DNA from: an uncultured Flavobacteriaceae bacterium | GTDB lineage: Bacteria > Bacteroidota > Bacteroidia > Flavobacteriales > Flavobacteriaceae | Assembly (NCBI GenBank): GCA_963709775.1 | Contig: CAVPXS010000018.1 | Span: forward strand, 245,067 to 309,066 | Length of the DNA stretch: 64,000 bases | Reading direction: 5' to 3' | Shown: piece by piece, positions 17,308 through 26,752 of the stretch | Numbering within the stretch: position 1 is the stretch's first letter | Layout: each line of letters opens with the position of its first letter | Translations under genes and position numbers: made by a program | The notes under the pieces: model-generated | What the model was told of the DNA's origin: nothing | Seen by the model: the letters and a program-made list of their open reading frames with translations, nothing else | Database searches by the model: none

Positions 17308-19233
17308 ATGAAAAAACAGCAGATCCTAAGGACTGCTCTCTTTCTTTGTCTAATCACGCTGCTTGGATGTCAGGGCGGGGACAAGGAGGAGATGCCACCG
17401 CAACCCTTGCCGGGTACTGCAGGGCATTATTACCTTTTGGGGTTGGAAACTTCAGATCCCGGGGAAAAACTCAAGCTGTACAATAAAGGTCTGGAGGCAA
17501 TCACAGACAAAAGTGACACTTCTCTTGTAGCCTTACTCGATGGTAAGATCTATGCTTTCCGCATGCTTGGGGAGCATGATAGTGTTCCTTTTTGGGTTGA
17601 CAGCCTTATTGCCACAGCAGAGATGCAGGGGGATCTTTTTTACCAGGCAAAAGGCTATTTCAGGAAATCTCAAATCTTTAGAAGGGTAAATCCTGAAGCA
17701 CAATTGCGAAACGCCTATTATTCGCGCAATTTGTATTTGAAGTTAGGAGACACCGCCCTGGCAGGTAGACGTTCGCTGGACATGGCAAATGCCCAGCTGG
17801 GACTGGGAGATTATCCCGGGAGCCAGGAAATGGCTACAGAAGCCCTGAAATATATAAATCGTGAAAGGGATTCTAACTATGTGAGTTCTGCACACAACGT
17901 ACTTGGTCTTTCTTATGGGGCGCAGGGGCTTTATTCGGAAGCACTTAAAGAATATAATCAGGCTTTGAATTACGCAGTTGACAGGCAGGATAGTCTAAGT
18001 TATCTGCACAATATCGCACTTCTTCACAAAGATCAGCAGAATTACACCGAGGCGATCAACATCTTCAAAGAGATAACAAAATCTGAAGAAGTAGACGAGA
18101 ATTCGCAAATAAGGTTTCGAGACAATTATGCTTTTACCCAGTGGCTACAGGATTCTACTTTTAATTCGGGAAAAATCCTTCAGGAAGTGTTAGAACAAAG
18201 ACAGGAGATAGGGGATAAGGAAGGTTTAATTGCCAGCTATTCTCACCTTTCCAATTATTACTTTGATAGTGATAAGGCAAGATCAAAATATTACGCCGAG
18301 AAATTTTATGAAACGGCTACTTCTCTCTCATATCCCAAAGGTGAAATGGAAGCATTGGAAAGGCTTATTTCTCTTAGTGACGGTAACTCCAGGGATGAAT
18401 ATCTCGATCGATATCTCTTCTTAAATGACAGTCTTGAAGATGCCAGTACAAAGCTGAGGTATCAATTCGCAAAAATTAGATTTGATGAAGAACGAAAGGA
18501 GCAGCAAATTGACCTTTTGGAAGCCGAAAATGTAAGTCAGCAACTTAGAGCAGAGAAACTGCGCACGAGAAATATCGTTAGTTACCTCACCGCTCTGGTG
18601 ATTTTGATCCTTTCGGGAGCACTTTTTTACAATTACAGACAGCGAACTAAAAGAGAAAATATTAAGCAGATCTATCTTACCGAAAGCAGGATTTCAAAAA
18701 GAATACATGATGAACTGGCAAATGACATTTACCATGTGATGAGTTCCTTAGAACCGGTAGCTCCACCGCCAATAGTAGACAAACTGGAAAAAATTTATCA
18801 ACGTACCCGTGATTTTTCACGGGAGAACAGTGAAATTCATACGGGAAGTGAATATCTGCAGGGTCTTCTCCATATGCTTTCGGGGGCTGTCCCGCCGGGA
18901 ACCAGGTTGATCATACGCGGTGAAAACAGCATTAACTGGAACGGTCTTGAACCCGAAAAAAAGATCGTATTATATCGTGTGCTTCAGGAAATGATGGTGA
19001 ACATGAGGAAACACAGCAATGCAAAACTCGTAGCGCTTATTTTCTCTCCTGAGAATGAAAATTTAAATATAAGCTATTCAGATAATGGAGTAGGCTCCAA
19101 AAAGGACATCCTTGAAAACGGAAATGGAATAAAAAACCTGAAGGCGCGTCTAAAAACCATTAAAGGAAACGCTGTTTTTGAAACCTCGGGGAAAGGCCTC
19201 AAAGCAGAATTTCTTATTCCTTTTAGTTCTTAA
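17308..19233 (+). CDS. TPR-containing sensor histidine kinase (HisKA_3/NarX-like) with an N-terminal lipobox
   Basis: LLGC lipobox, TPR-like helices, one TM at about aa 426-445, H-box RIHDELAND, HATPase motifs QEMMVN..KH, DNGVG, GNGIKN. Confidence 0.85.
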   Translation: MKKQQILRTALFLCLITLLGCQGGDKEEMPPQPLPGTAGHYYLLGLETSDPGEKLKLYNKGLEAITDKSDTSLVALLDGKIYAFRMLGEHDSVPFWVDSLIATAEMQGDLFYQAKGYFRKSQIFRRVNPEAQLRNAYYSRNLYLKLGDTALAGRRSLDMANAQLGLGDYPGSQEMATEALKYINRERDSNYVSSAHNVLGLSYGAQGLYSEALKEYNQALNYAVDRQDSLSYLHNIALLHKDQQNYTEAINIFKEITKSEEVDENSQIRFRDNYAFTQWLQDSTFNSGKILQEVLEQRQEIGDKEGLIASYSHLSNYYFDSDKARSKYYAEKFYETATSLSYPKGEMEALERLISLSDGNSRDEYLDRYLFLNDSLEDASTKLRYQFAKIRFDEERKEQQIDLLEAENVSQQLRAEKLRTRNIVSYLTALVILILSGALFYNYRQRTKRENIKQIYLTESRISKRIHDELANDIYHVMSSLEPVAPPPIVDKLEKIYQRTRDFSRENSEIHTGSEYLQGLLHMLSGAVPPGTRLIIRGENSINWNGLEPEKKIVLYRVLQEMMVNMRKHSNAKLVALIFSPENENLNISYSDNGVGSKKDILENGNGIKNLKARLKTIKGNAVFETSGKGLKAEFLIPFSS

Positions 19234-19266
19234 AAATCCGGATGACTAAAAAAATTCGGAGCTTAT

Positions 19267-19857
19267 TTATTCGTCCTTCGCAGGAGGAGTGTATTTTAGA
19301 AAGAACATCTTATCTCCACTGGGATGATCCCATTCATTGAATAATTTAAAACCATACCGACGATAGGCAAGACTTATGCGTCTAATCCTGGTTTCGGCGT
19401 AGATGGGAAGCTGGAGGTCCTTGGCAATTGCGTAGAACTGATTTTTCATGTCATAAGCCGTCTTGGCATCATCACTGCCACGGGCATCACTAAGAATTCC
19501 CCAAAACCAGCAGTAGAGATATTCCCCTTCCTTTGGTCTTTGAGCCCTCACATACTTTTGCACTTTCAAAGCATTCAATCCCTTAGAAATACCGGTAACA
19601 TTAATTGCCAGTTTAATATCCATAATAAGGTCTTTCCAAAAATTTTTATCCTTACTACTGGTTTTAAAAAGAATAGCTATCCCTTTTCCGTCTGGAGAAG
19701 TTATGAGCGCATCTTTTTCAATGGCTTTTTCTACCATGTGTCTCGCGAGGTAGTGAAATCTTTTTTCCCTTTTATGATCATCTTTAACGATCTCCAAGGA
19801 AGTAGGTATTTCCTGTAGTAGGGTAGAGACGTTATCAATTATTTGCTGCTTGTTCAA
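19267..19857 (-). CDS. Hypothetical protein, probable GNAT fold
   Basis: YLYCWFWGILSDARG and PIYAET...AYRRYGF resemble GNAT motifs A and B; TTG start. Confidence 0.55.
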   Translation of the reverse strand: MNKQQIIDNVSTLLQEIPTSLEIVKDDHKREKRFHYLARHMVEKAIEKDALITSPDGKGIAILFKTSSKDKNFWKDLIMDIKLAINVTGISKGLNALKVQKYVRAQRPKEGEYLYCWFWGILSDARGSDDAKTAYDMKNQFYAIAKDLQLPIYAETRIRRISLAYRRYGFKLFNEWDHPSGDKMFFLKYTPPAKDE

Positions 19858-20026
19858 GGAGTATTAATTTTTGCGAAAGATAGAAAATTGACTGCAGTTA
19901 AGCTTCTGTGAAAAAGGAAAAAATTTAAGTTCAAATGGGCTTCAGGAAAAAAATCATTAATATTTTCTCATCTTTGAGCAGGTTTGGAATGGTTTTTACC
20001 TTTGTTTACCGTCTAGTAAAAATCTT

Positions 20027-21442
20027 ATGAAAAAAATAGCAGCTCTTCTTATCGTACTTGTTAGCTTGAATGCAAGTGCACAATCTAATTCACAGCAGGA
20101 TTCCCTTGCTCTTAGGAAACTTTATGATGTCGCTTTACTTCACGGGCAGAGTTATGCCTGGCTTGATCACTTGTCCAATAACATTGGAGGAAGATTATCG
20201 GGTTCGGTGAGTGCACAGCAGGCGGTAGAATACACTAAGGCCGAAATGGAAAAATTAGGTCTTGATCGTGTTTGGTTGCAGCCGGTAATGGTGCCAAAAT
20301 GGACGCGTGGCACTCCCGAATACGCTTACGTGCAATCCCAGGGAGGTCCTTCAACTACCGTAAATATTCTTGCTTTGGGTGGTTCTGTTGCCACTCCAGA
20401 TACCGGCCTTAGAGCCAATGTGATCGAGGTGCAGGGTATTGAGGACCTGGCGAGATATGGAAGAGAGCAGATCGAGGGCAAGATCGTTTTTTACAACCGC
20501 CCAATGCGTGCCGATCTTATTCACACTTTTGAAGCCTATGGAGGTTGTGTGGATCAAAGATACTCTGGAGCTGCCGAAGCTGCTAAATATGGTGCCGCCG
20601 GAGTGATAGTGCGATCGCTTTCTCACAAAATTGATGAGTACCCACACACCGGCTCTATGAGTTATGGTGATGTGCCAAATAATGAAAGAATTCCTGCTGC
20701 GGCAATTAGCACCAAAGATGCCGAGTACCTAAGCAGCATGCTTAAATTGAATAAGGATCTGGAATTTTATTATAAAATGAACTGTCGTAATTATGAAGAT
20801 GTTGAATCTTATAATGTAATTGGAGAGATCAAAGGCAGTGAACGCCCAGATGAATATATAATCGTGGGAGGTCATTTAGATTCCTGGGATGTTGGCGACG
20901 GTTCTCATGATGATGGCGCAGGAGTTGTTCAATCTATGGAGGTGTTAAGACTTATGAAAGAATCGGGAATTAAACCTAAAAGAACAATAAGAGTAGTGCT
21001 CTTCATGAACGAAGAAAATGGTCTTAGAGGCGGGAACAAATATGCTGAAGTTGCAAAGAAGAATAAGGAAAATCACATTTTTGCACTCGAAAGCGATTCC
21101 GGAGGCTTTACTCCACGAGGTTTTTCCTTTGAGGCGAGAGATTCCCAGTATGAAAAAATCCAGGGCTGGAAACCCCTTTTTGAGCCCTATTTAGTTCATT
21201 ACTTCGCAAGAGGAGGTAGCGGGGCCGACATTGGTCCCCTTAAGAATGGCAGCACGGTCCTAGCCGGGCTTCGTCCAGATTCGCAACGATATTTTGACCA
21301 CCACCACTCCGCGACAGATACCTTTGATGCGGTGAATAAACGGGAACTGGAATTGGGAGCTGCAACCATGGCTTCGCTGGTTTACCTGGTGGATAAGTAC
21401 GGATTTGACGATATAGAAAATGAGTCCGAAATCCTGAAATAA
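20027..21442 (+). CDS. Secreted M28-family metallopeptidase (carboxypeptidase Q-like, with a PA domain)
   Basis: Signal peptide; GHLDSW, DDGAG, NEENG, ESD, HH metal-ligand motifs. Confidence 0.88.
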   Translation: MKKIAALLIVLVSLNASAQSNSQQDSLALRKLYDVALLHGQSYAWLDHLSNNIGGRLSGSVSAQQAVEYTKAEMEKLGLDRVWLQPVMVPKWTRGTPEYAYVQSQGGPSTTVNILALGGSVATPDTGLRANVIEVQGIEDLARYGREQIEGKIVFYNRPMRADLIHTFEAYGGCVDQRYSGAAEAAKYGAAGVIVRSLSHKIDEYPHTGSMSYGDVPNNERIPAAAISTKDAEYLSSMLKLNKDLEFYYKMNCRNYEDVESYNVIGEIKGSERPDEYIIVGGHLDSWDVGDGSHDDGAGVVQSMEVLRLMKESGIKPKRTIRVVLFMNEENGLRGGNKYAEVAKKNKENHIFALESDSGGFTPRGFSFEARDSQYEKIQGWKPLFEPYLVHYFARGGSGADIGPLKNGSTVLAGLRPDSQRYFDHHHSATDTFDAVNKRELELGAATMASLVYLVDKYGFDDIENESEILK

Positions 21443-21507
21443 AAAGAATGGCCGGGTTGTCGCCCGGCAATTAAACTTTCTATCTTTGCAGCCTCAAACT
21501 TTTAAGG

Positions 21508-22890
21508 TTGCAACTCACAGCTTACACAAGAGAATTTGGTAAAAACCTGAACATCGCATACCCTGTGATGCTCGGGCAGCTGGGCCATGTTATGGTCGGC
21601 CTGGCCGATAATATCATGGTTGGCCAACTTGGAGCTGCACCCCTGGCCGCCGTATCTCTTGGCAACAGTCTTGTCTTTATTGCCCTTTCCCTTGGGATCG
21701 GGTTTTCTTTTGCCATCACGCCTCTTATTGCTGAAGCCGATGGCTCGGGAGACATCGAGACCGGGAAAAGCTACTTCCATCACGGGGTGATCATGTGCGG
21801 TATCAATGGATTATTTCTTTTCATCCTGTTGTTACTGGCCAAACCAATTTTATATCATCTTGACCAACCGCCGGAAGTGGTCGACCTCGCAATTCCTTAT
21901 TTGGAGATCGTTGCATTCTCTATGATCCCGCTAATGTTTTTCCAGGCGTATAAGCAGTTTGCCGATGGTCTTTCCCAAACGCGCTATGCAATGTATGCCA
22001 CTTTGATCGCCAATGTGGTGAACGTGGTATTTAATTACCTGCTCATATACGGGATCTGGATTTTTCCAAGACTTGAACTTGAAGGGGCAGCATTGGGGAC
22101 CTTAATTTCGCGATTTTTTATGTTGTGGTTCCTTTGGGAGATCTTGAGAAGAAAGAAGAAATTCAGGCAGTACTTTATCTGGTCCAAAAGAGGCCTTTTA
22201 AGGATTGATATTTTTAAGAAGTTATTTGCCCTTGGATTTCCTACCGCTTTACAAATGCTGTTTGAAGTTGCTATTTTTACTGCTACTGTTTTTCTCGCCG
22301 GTACTTTAGGAACAAATCCGCAGGCAGCAAATCAAATTGCCCTCAATCTAGCATCAATGACTTTTATGATTGCGGTTGGGTTAGGGGTGACTGCAACCAT
22401 TCGCGTGGGAAACCAAAAAGGCAAAGCAAATTTTCATGAGTTACGCCGTATCGCGTTTTCTACTTTCTTATTGGTTTTCTTGATCGAAGCAGTCTTTGCT
22501 GTAGGTTTCATTTTGCTGAAGGATTGGCTTCCCACACTTTATATCGATAATTCCGAAGTTATTTTGCTGGCCGCCCAATTGTTGATCGTTGCAGCTTTAT
22601 TTCAACTAAGTGACGGGATGCAGGTTGTAATACTGGGAGCTTTAAGAGGGCTGCAGGATGTGAAGTTTCCAACACTAATTTGTTTTATAGCTTACTGGAT
22701 CATTGGTTTTCCTGTATCCTGGTACCTGGGAAAAGAATCTGCATTAGGCAGCATGGGGATCTGGTATGGGTTACTCGCCGGTCTTACTGCATCGGCATTA
22801 ATGTTGTATCTTCGATTTAATTATTTAAGCAATAAATTATTACTAACGGTGGAGCCTGCGGGCCAGCCTGCCGAACAAAATGTACAATAG
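21508..22890 (+). CDS. MATE-family efflux transporter
   Basis: 12-TM pattern, DNIMVGQLG, GALRGLQD; TTG start after TATCTTTG at 21481-21488. Confidence 0.92.
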   Translation: MQLTAYTREFGKNLNIAYPVMLGQLGHVMVGLADNIMVGQLGAAPLAAVSLGNSLVFIALSLGIGFSFAITPLIAEADGSGDIETGKSYFHHGVIMCGINGLFLFILLLLAKPILYHLDQPPEVVDLAIPYLEIVAFSMIPLMFFQAYKQFADGLSQTRYAMYATLIANVVNVVFNYLLIYGIWIFPRLELEGAALGTLISRFFMLWFLWEILRRKKKFRQYFIWSKRGLLRIDIFKKLFALGFPTALQMLFEVAIFTATVFLAGTLGTNPQAANQIALNLASMTFMIAVGLGVTATIRVGNQKGKANFHELRRIAFSTFLLVFLIEAVFAVGFILLKDWLPTLYIDNSEVILLAAQLLIVAALFQLSDGMQVVILGALRGLQDVKFPTLICFIAYWIIGFPVSWYLGKESALGSMGIWYGLLAGLTASALMLYLRFNYLSNKLLLTVEPAGQPAEQNVQ

Positions 22891-22895
22891 AAACT

Positions 22896-23123
22896 ATGGA
22901 CTTTCCAAAATTCCTCTTAGGTGATAATACAGATTATCCCGATGCTATTTTTATCATTCATACCGAATTTCCAAGGTTCATTATAAACCTCGAAAATGAC
23001 GAGGTAGAATGGCTGGAAGATTTTGATGCAGCCGATGAAAAAGAACTTTCTTCTGAAGCCGAAGGCCTTATTCAACAGGCGACCGATTTTTATGACCGGG
23101 AAATTTCCAGATACGAAGACTAA
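22896..23123 (+). CDS. Small acidic conserved hypothetical protein
   Basis: 75 aa, packed in an operon between the MATE and PAP2 genes (5-bp and 3-bp gaps). Confidence 0.75.
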   Translation: MDFPKFLLGDNTDYPDAIFIIHTEFPRFIINLENDEVEWLEDFDAADEKELSSEAEGLIQQATDFYDREISRYED

Positions 23124-23126
23124 ATT

Positions 23127-23717
23127 ATGGAGCAGTTGGTAGAACTGGATCACGAAATTTTCCTTTTTCTCAACAATCTTGGGAATCCCGCCTGGGATGA
23201 CTTCTGGAACTTCATTACCAATAAGTTTGCGTCTATCCCATTTTATATGCTGCTTGTTTTTTTTCTTTACAGGGCTCTGGGATGGAAGAAGACCTTACTA
23301 AGCCTCGTACTGGTAGCGGCGGTGATCACCAGTACAGATCAACTTTCTAACCTGTTTAAACATTTTTTTGAGCGTCCCCGCCCTTGCAGGCAGGAAGGTG
23401 TGATGGAATACGCACGATTTGTAGCAGTAAGGTGCGGCAGGTACGGTTATTTTTCTGCACATGCAGCAAGTTCGGCAGCTCTTGTTGTGTTTCTTGGAAT
23501 GATCCTAAAAACTTACTGGAAACACATTTTTGGAGTATTAATAGCCTGGGGGCTCCTGGTTTCCTACAGCCGTATATATATCGGCGTGCATTATCCCGGA
23601 GATATTCTTACCGGCTGGATAATTGGGATAGGAATTGGATATACTTTCTACCTGCTATTTCGGTTTTTGCTGAAAAAGTATTTTAGTCCTTCCGTTTCAG
23701 GAGATAAAACTGCCTGA
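23127..23717 (+). CDS. PAP2-family membrane phosphatase (LpxE/LpxF/undecaprenyl-PP phosphatase-like)
   Basis: KHFFERPRP, FSAHA, SRIYIGVHYPGD motifs. Confidence 0.88.
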   Translation: MEQLVELDHEIFLFLNNLGNPAWDDFWNFITNKFASIPFYMLLVFFLYRALGWKKTLLSLVLVAAVITSTDQLSNLFKHFFERPRPCRQEGVMEYARFVAVRCGRYGYFSAHAASSAALVVFLGMILKTYWKHIFGVLIAWGLLVSYSRIYIGVHYPGDILTGWIIGIGIGYTFYLLFRFLLKKYFSPSVSGDKTA

Positions 23718-25303
23718 TCAACCTGCCCTTGTATCCCGAAGCTTCAGGATTCACGTAGTTGAGGTCATATCTTTCTGAAGACAACACTTCAAAATCCCCT
23801 TTTAGAGAGTCTATTAAAACTGAATCCTGTTCGCGCATGATGATTCCGAATTTCTCTTCTTCAGGTAATCTGAAGGTCTTCCCTGGTTAACTTCGGAATT
23901 GGTTTTCCGAACTCCCAGATGATCTCGGGTGTTTCAGTAGCATACTCATAAACCTGGAAACCGCTCGCTTCAGAAACCTTCCGAAGTTCATCAAAATTCC
24001 TGAAATCCGGGTTTTTCAGAAAAGCGTTTGAAAGCGGAAATGCAAAGACAATTATTCCGCAGATAAAGGCAACAGTGAGATGAAAAACCCGTGGATATTT
24101 TCGCTTTTTCAGAAAGTAGAATAGAGCAACTCCAAGCCCGAAGAGTACTATGGATGCAGAGATATACCAGAACCAGTGGCCTTCCAGTTCAAGCAGGAAG
24201 TAACCTGCAACCGGGAATACGAGCCCTATAGTTGCGATCAAGCCGTGGTTAAAATAGACGACCCAATTTTCCTTTTTTGGAAGTTCTTTGAAGCTTCTAA
24301 AGAGGTATTCTATATAAAAGCTGGTGTTTAGGGCCATGGGGATTAAAACCGGCAGGAGGTAGCGGGATTTTTTCTCGGGAATAATCGATAGCAAAACCAC
24401 TGCAGCCAAAGTCCATAAAAGAGCAAATTTATAGGCTTTTTTATTCGAGACCCGCGTCTTCAAATAAGGATACAGTAAAGCAACAAAGGCCGGAATTGTC
24501 CATATTCCACTTTGGGTAAAGAAGCTCCAGTAGTAATAAAATGGCCGTACGTTGTAATTTGTCCAGCGGGTAGTCTCCCTAGAGGTGATTTCGATAAACG
24601 AAACAGGATCTGCCAGTCTTACGTATAAAAACCACCAGCCACTAATGAAGAGCGATATTATTAGAAAGATAAAAAAGGCTTTCCACTTTTTTGTAAATCC
24701 TTTGAAGCCATAAATACTTCCATAGGAGATAAGGAAGGGCAGGAGCAAGGCATAAAGGGAAACCGGGCCTTTACTTAAAAAAGAAAAGCCAAAAAATAAT
24801 GCTCCAAAAATGGCATTTTTGATCAGGTTTTTTTCACTGCTAAAAAAGTTCCACAGAAAATAAATTGCGACCATCATAAACGAATGGGTGAAAATATCCC
24901 ATTGTCCATTGCGCCCCATGAAGATGATATAAAAGGAACTGGCCAGGATAAGCGTAGCCAAAAAGGAATGTTTTAATGTGACCCCCAGTTTCGGAATAAA
25001 TCTGTAGAAAACGTAAAGCAGCAGGAGGGTTATGAGGGCTGCCGGTAGCCGCATTCCAAAGAGGCTGCTGAACCCGAAGATCATGCCACTTATGGCAGTG
25101 AGCCACGTGGGCAACGGCGGCTTTTCATAACGGGCTTCGGCGTTCATGGTGGTGAGGATCCAATTTCCATCGGTCACCATTTCACGGGCCGTAATAAAAT
25201 TACGCGCTTCCATAATGTTTACATAGATCACGTCGAGGTGGACCAGGAAGATCAGAACCCAAACAAGGAGCATGTAGAGCAGGTATTTTTGATTTTTAGT
25301 CAT
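23683..25303 (-). CDS. ArnT/GT83-like lipid-linked-sugar transferase; one extra base near 23867 hides a 60-aa C-terminus (about 539 aa when corrected)
   Basis: MEARNFITAREM, YEKPPL, KGP motifs and multiple TM segments; the +1 frame continues PEEEKFGIIMREQ...RLIRQFYLLKRKD to TAA at 23683-23685. Confidence 0.85.
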
Positions 25304-25919
25304 CTTCTCTTCTTATTAAGACCATATTCCTTACGTAGATCACACTTCCCGCCAGGTGTCCTACAAATAAGACGGGATCCTTCCGCAAAATTGCATAAAT
25401 GAGGATCAAAACCGCGCCTGCAAAACTGAGAAGCCAAAAGCCTAATGGTAGCACCGACTTTTTAATTCTTTCAGAATAAACCCATTGATAGACAAAGCGT
25501 AATGTGAAGGTTACTTGTGCAGTCGATCCCAATACCAGCAACCACAACGGTATTTTCTCGTTAAAGAACAGGTTTTGAACATCATAAGTATTGTTGTTGT
25601 ACGAGTAAATGAATAGCATTACCGGGAAAATATAAAGGAAAAGCTGCAGCCATCGTGACATTTTTTTCCATTCTCCCTGCAACTGCATATTACGTATGTA
25701 GATGAAATAGGTAAGGGCCTGGCCCAGCATTATGGAGAAATCATTACGTAAATAGCCATAAACGAACAGTAAGAAAGAAGCGAAAAGAGAGACCTTCCAA
25801 AAGTTGGAAGGGGTGAGAACCTTTTTTTGTTTTTCAGAAGCTATCCATTGTAGCAGGAGCCTGGCCGAAAAAAGGGCCTGGGCAATAAAACCAATAGTGT
25901 ACACCTGCCAGCTACTCAT
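25296..25919 (-). CDS. Lipid A biosynthesis N-terminal domain (LAB_N) protein, duplicated domain
   Basis: Two repeats (ARLLLQWIASEK...FW and LRFVYQWVYSER...FW, each followed by RxD); membrane protein. Confidence 0.8.
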   Translation of the reverse strand: MSSWQVYTIGFIAQALFSARLLLQWIASEKQKKVLTPSNFWKVSLFASFLLFVYGYLRNDFSIMLGQALTYFIYIRNMQLQGEWKKMSRWLQLFLYIFPVMLFIYSYNNNTYDVQNLFFNEKIPLWLLVLGSTAQVTFTLRFVYQWVYSERIKKSVLPLGFWLLSFAGAVLILIYAILRKDPVLFVGHLAGSVIYVRNMVLIRREDD

Positions 25920-26629
25920 TCTTTTGAGCTACTTTGTAATTGATGTAATTCCTCCTCATCCACAAATAAGCAAAGCAATCTACAAAGGGACCCACGAGCC
26001 TGTTGAGGAGGTGGAATTTCGCTTTCCCTGCGATCCTGGGGTAATGTCTCACGGGAACCTGTTTTATTTTACCATTTTGGAGGAGGATCATCGCAGGCAG
26101 AAACCGGTGCAGCCCTTTGAACATGGGAATACGTTTCGCATAATCGGCTTTGATCACTTTTAAGGGGCAGCCGGTGTCATCCATGCCATCCTGGGTAAAG
26201 CTGCGTCTTATGCCATTTGCAACAAGGGAAGAAAGGTTCTTTTTAAACGAATCTTTTCTATTGGTGCGCACTCCCGGTCACAAGGTCATATTCCCCGATC
26301 TGCTCCAGCAGCAGGTCAAAATCTTCGGGATCTGTTTGAAGATCTGAATCTATATAGCCAATCAAAGGGGTTTCCGCATGATCAAAACCTGCTTTAATAG
26401 CCGAACTTAAACCGTAATTCCGGTCAAAAGAAATATACTTAAAAGCTGTGTTGCGACGGGAAATTTCCTGAACCAGTTGAAGACTATTGTCTGTAGACCC
26501 GTCATTGACAAACAGGACGCAGGTTTTAATAGGTGCTTTTTGTATGTATTTATCTAATTCCTGCTCCACCCTTAGTAAGTTAGGTGCTTCGTTGTAGAGA
26601 GGAACTACGATAGTAAATTGGTATTCCAT
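25912..26629 (-). CDS. GT2 polyprenol-phosphate glycosyltransferase (ArnC/RgtE-like); one extra base at 26273-26275 (about 238 aa when corrected)
   Basis: VVPLYNE, VNDGSTD, IDSDLQ, DTGCPLK, HRFLP motifs spread over two frames. Confidence 0.88.
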
Positions 26630-26645
26630 TAAAATTAAATATGCG

Positions 26646-26653
26646 CAAAGGTA
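26646..26653 (-). promoter_or_regulatory. -7 element (TACCTTTG) for the GT2/LAB_N/ArnT-like operon
   Basis: Exact TAnnTTTG 17 nt upstream of the ATG at 26629. Confidence 0.65.
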
Positions 26654-26752
26654 CTAATATTACAATTCCTATACAGCCACAGCGAAAAGGCGCTTTTTAG
26701 AAAATTACTCGTTTCTTTGTAACCGTAAAACTTCAGAAAAAGACATTTAAAT

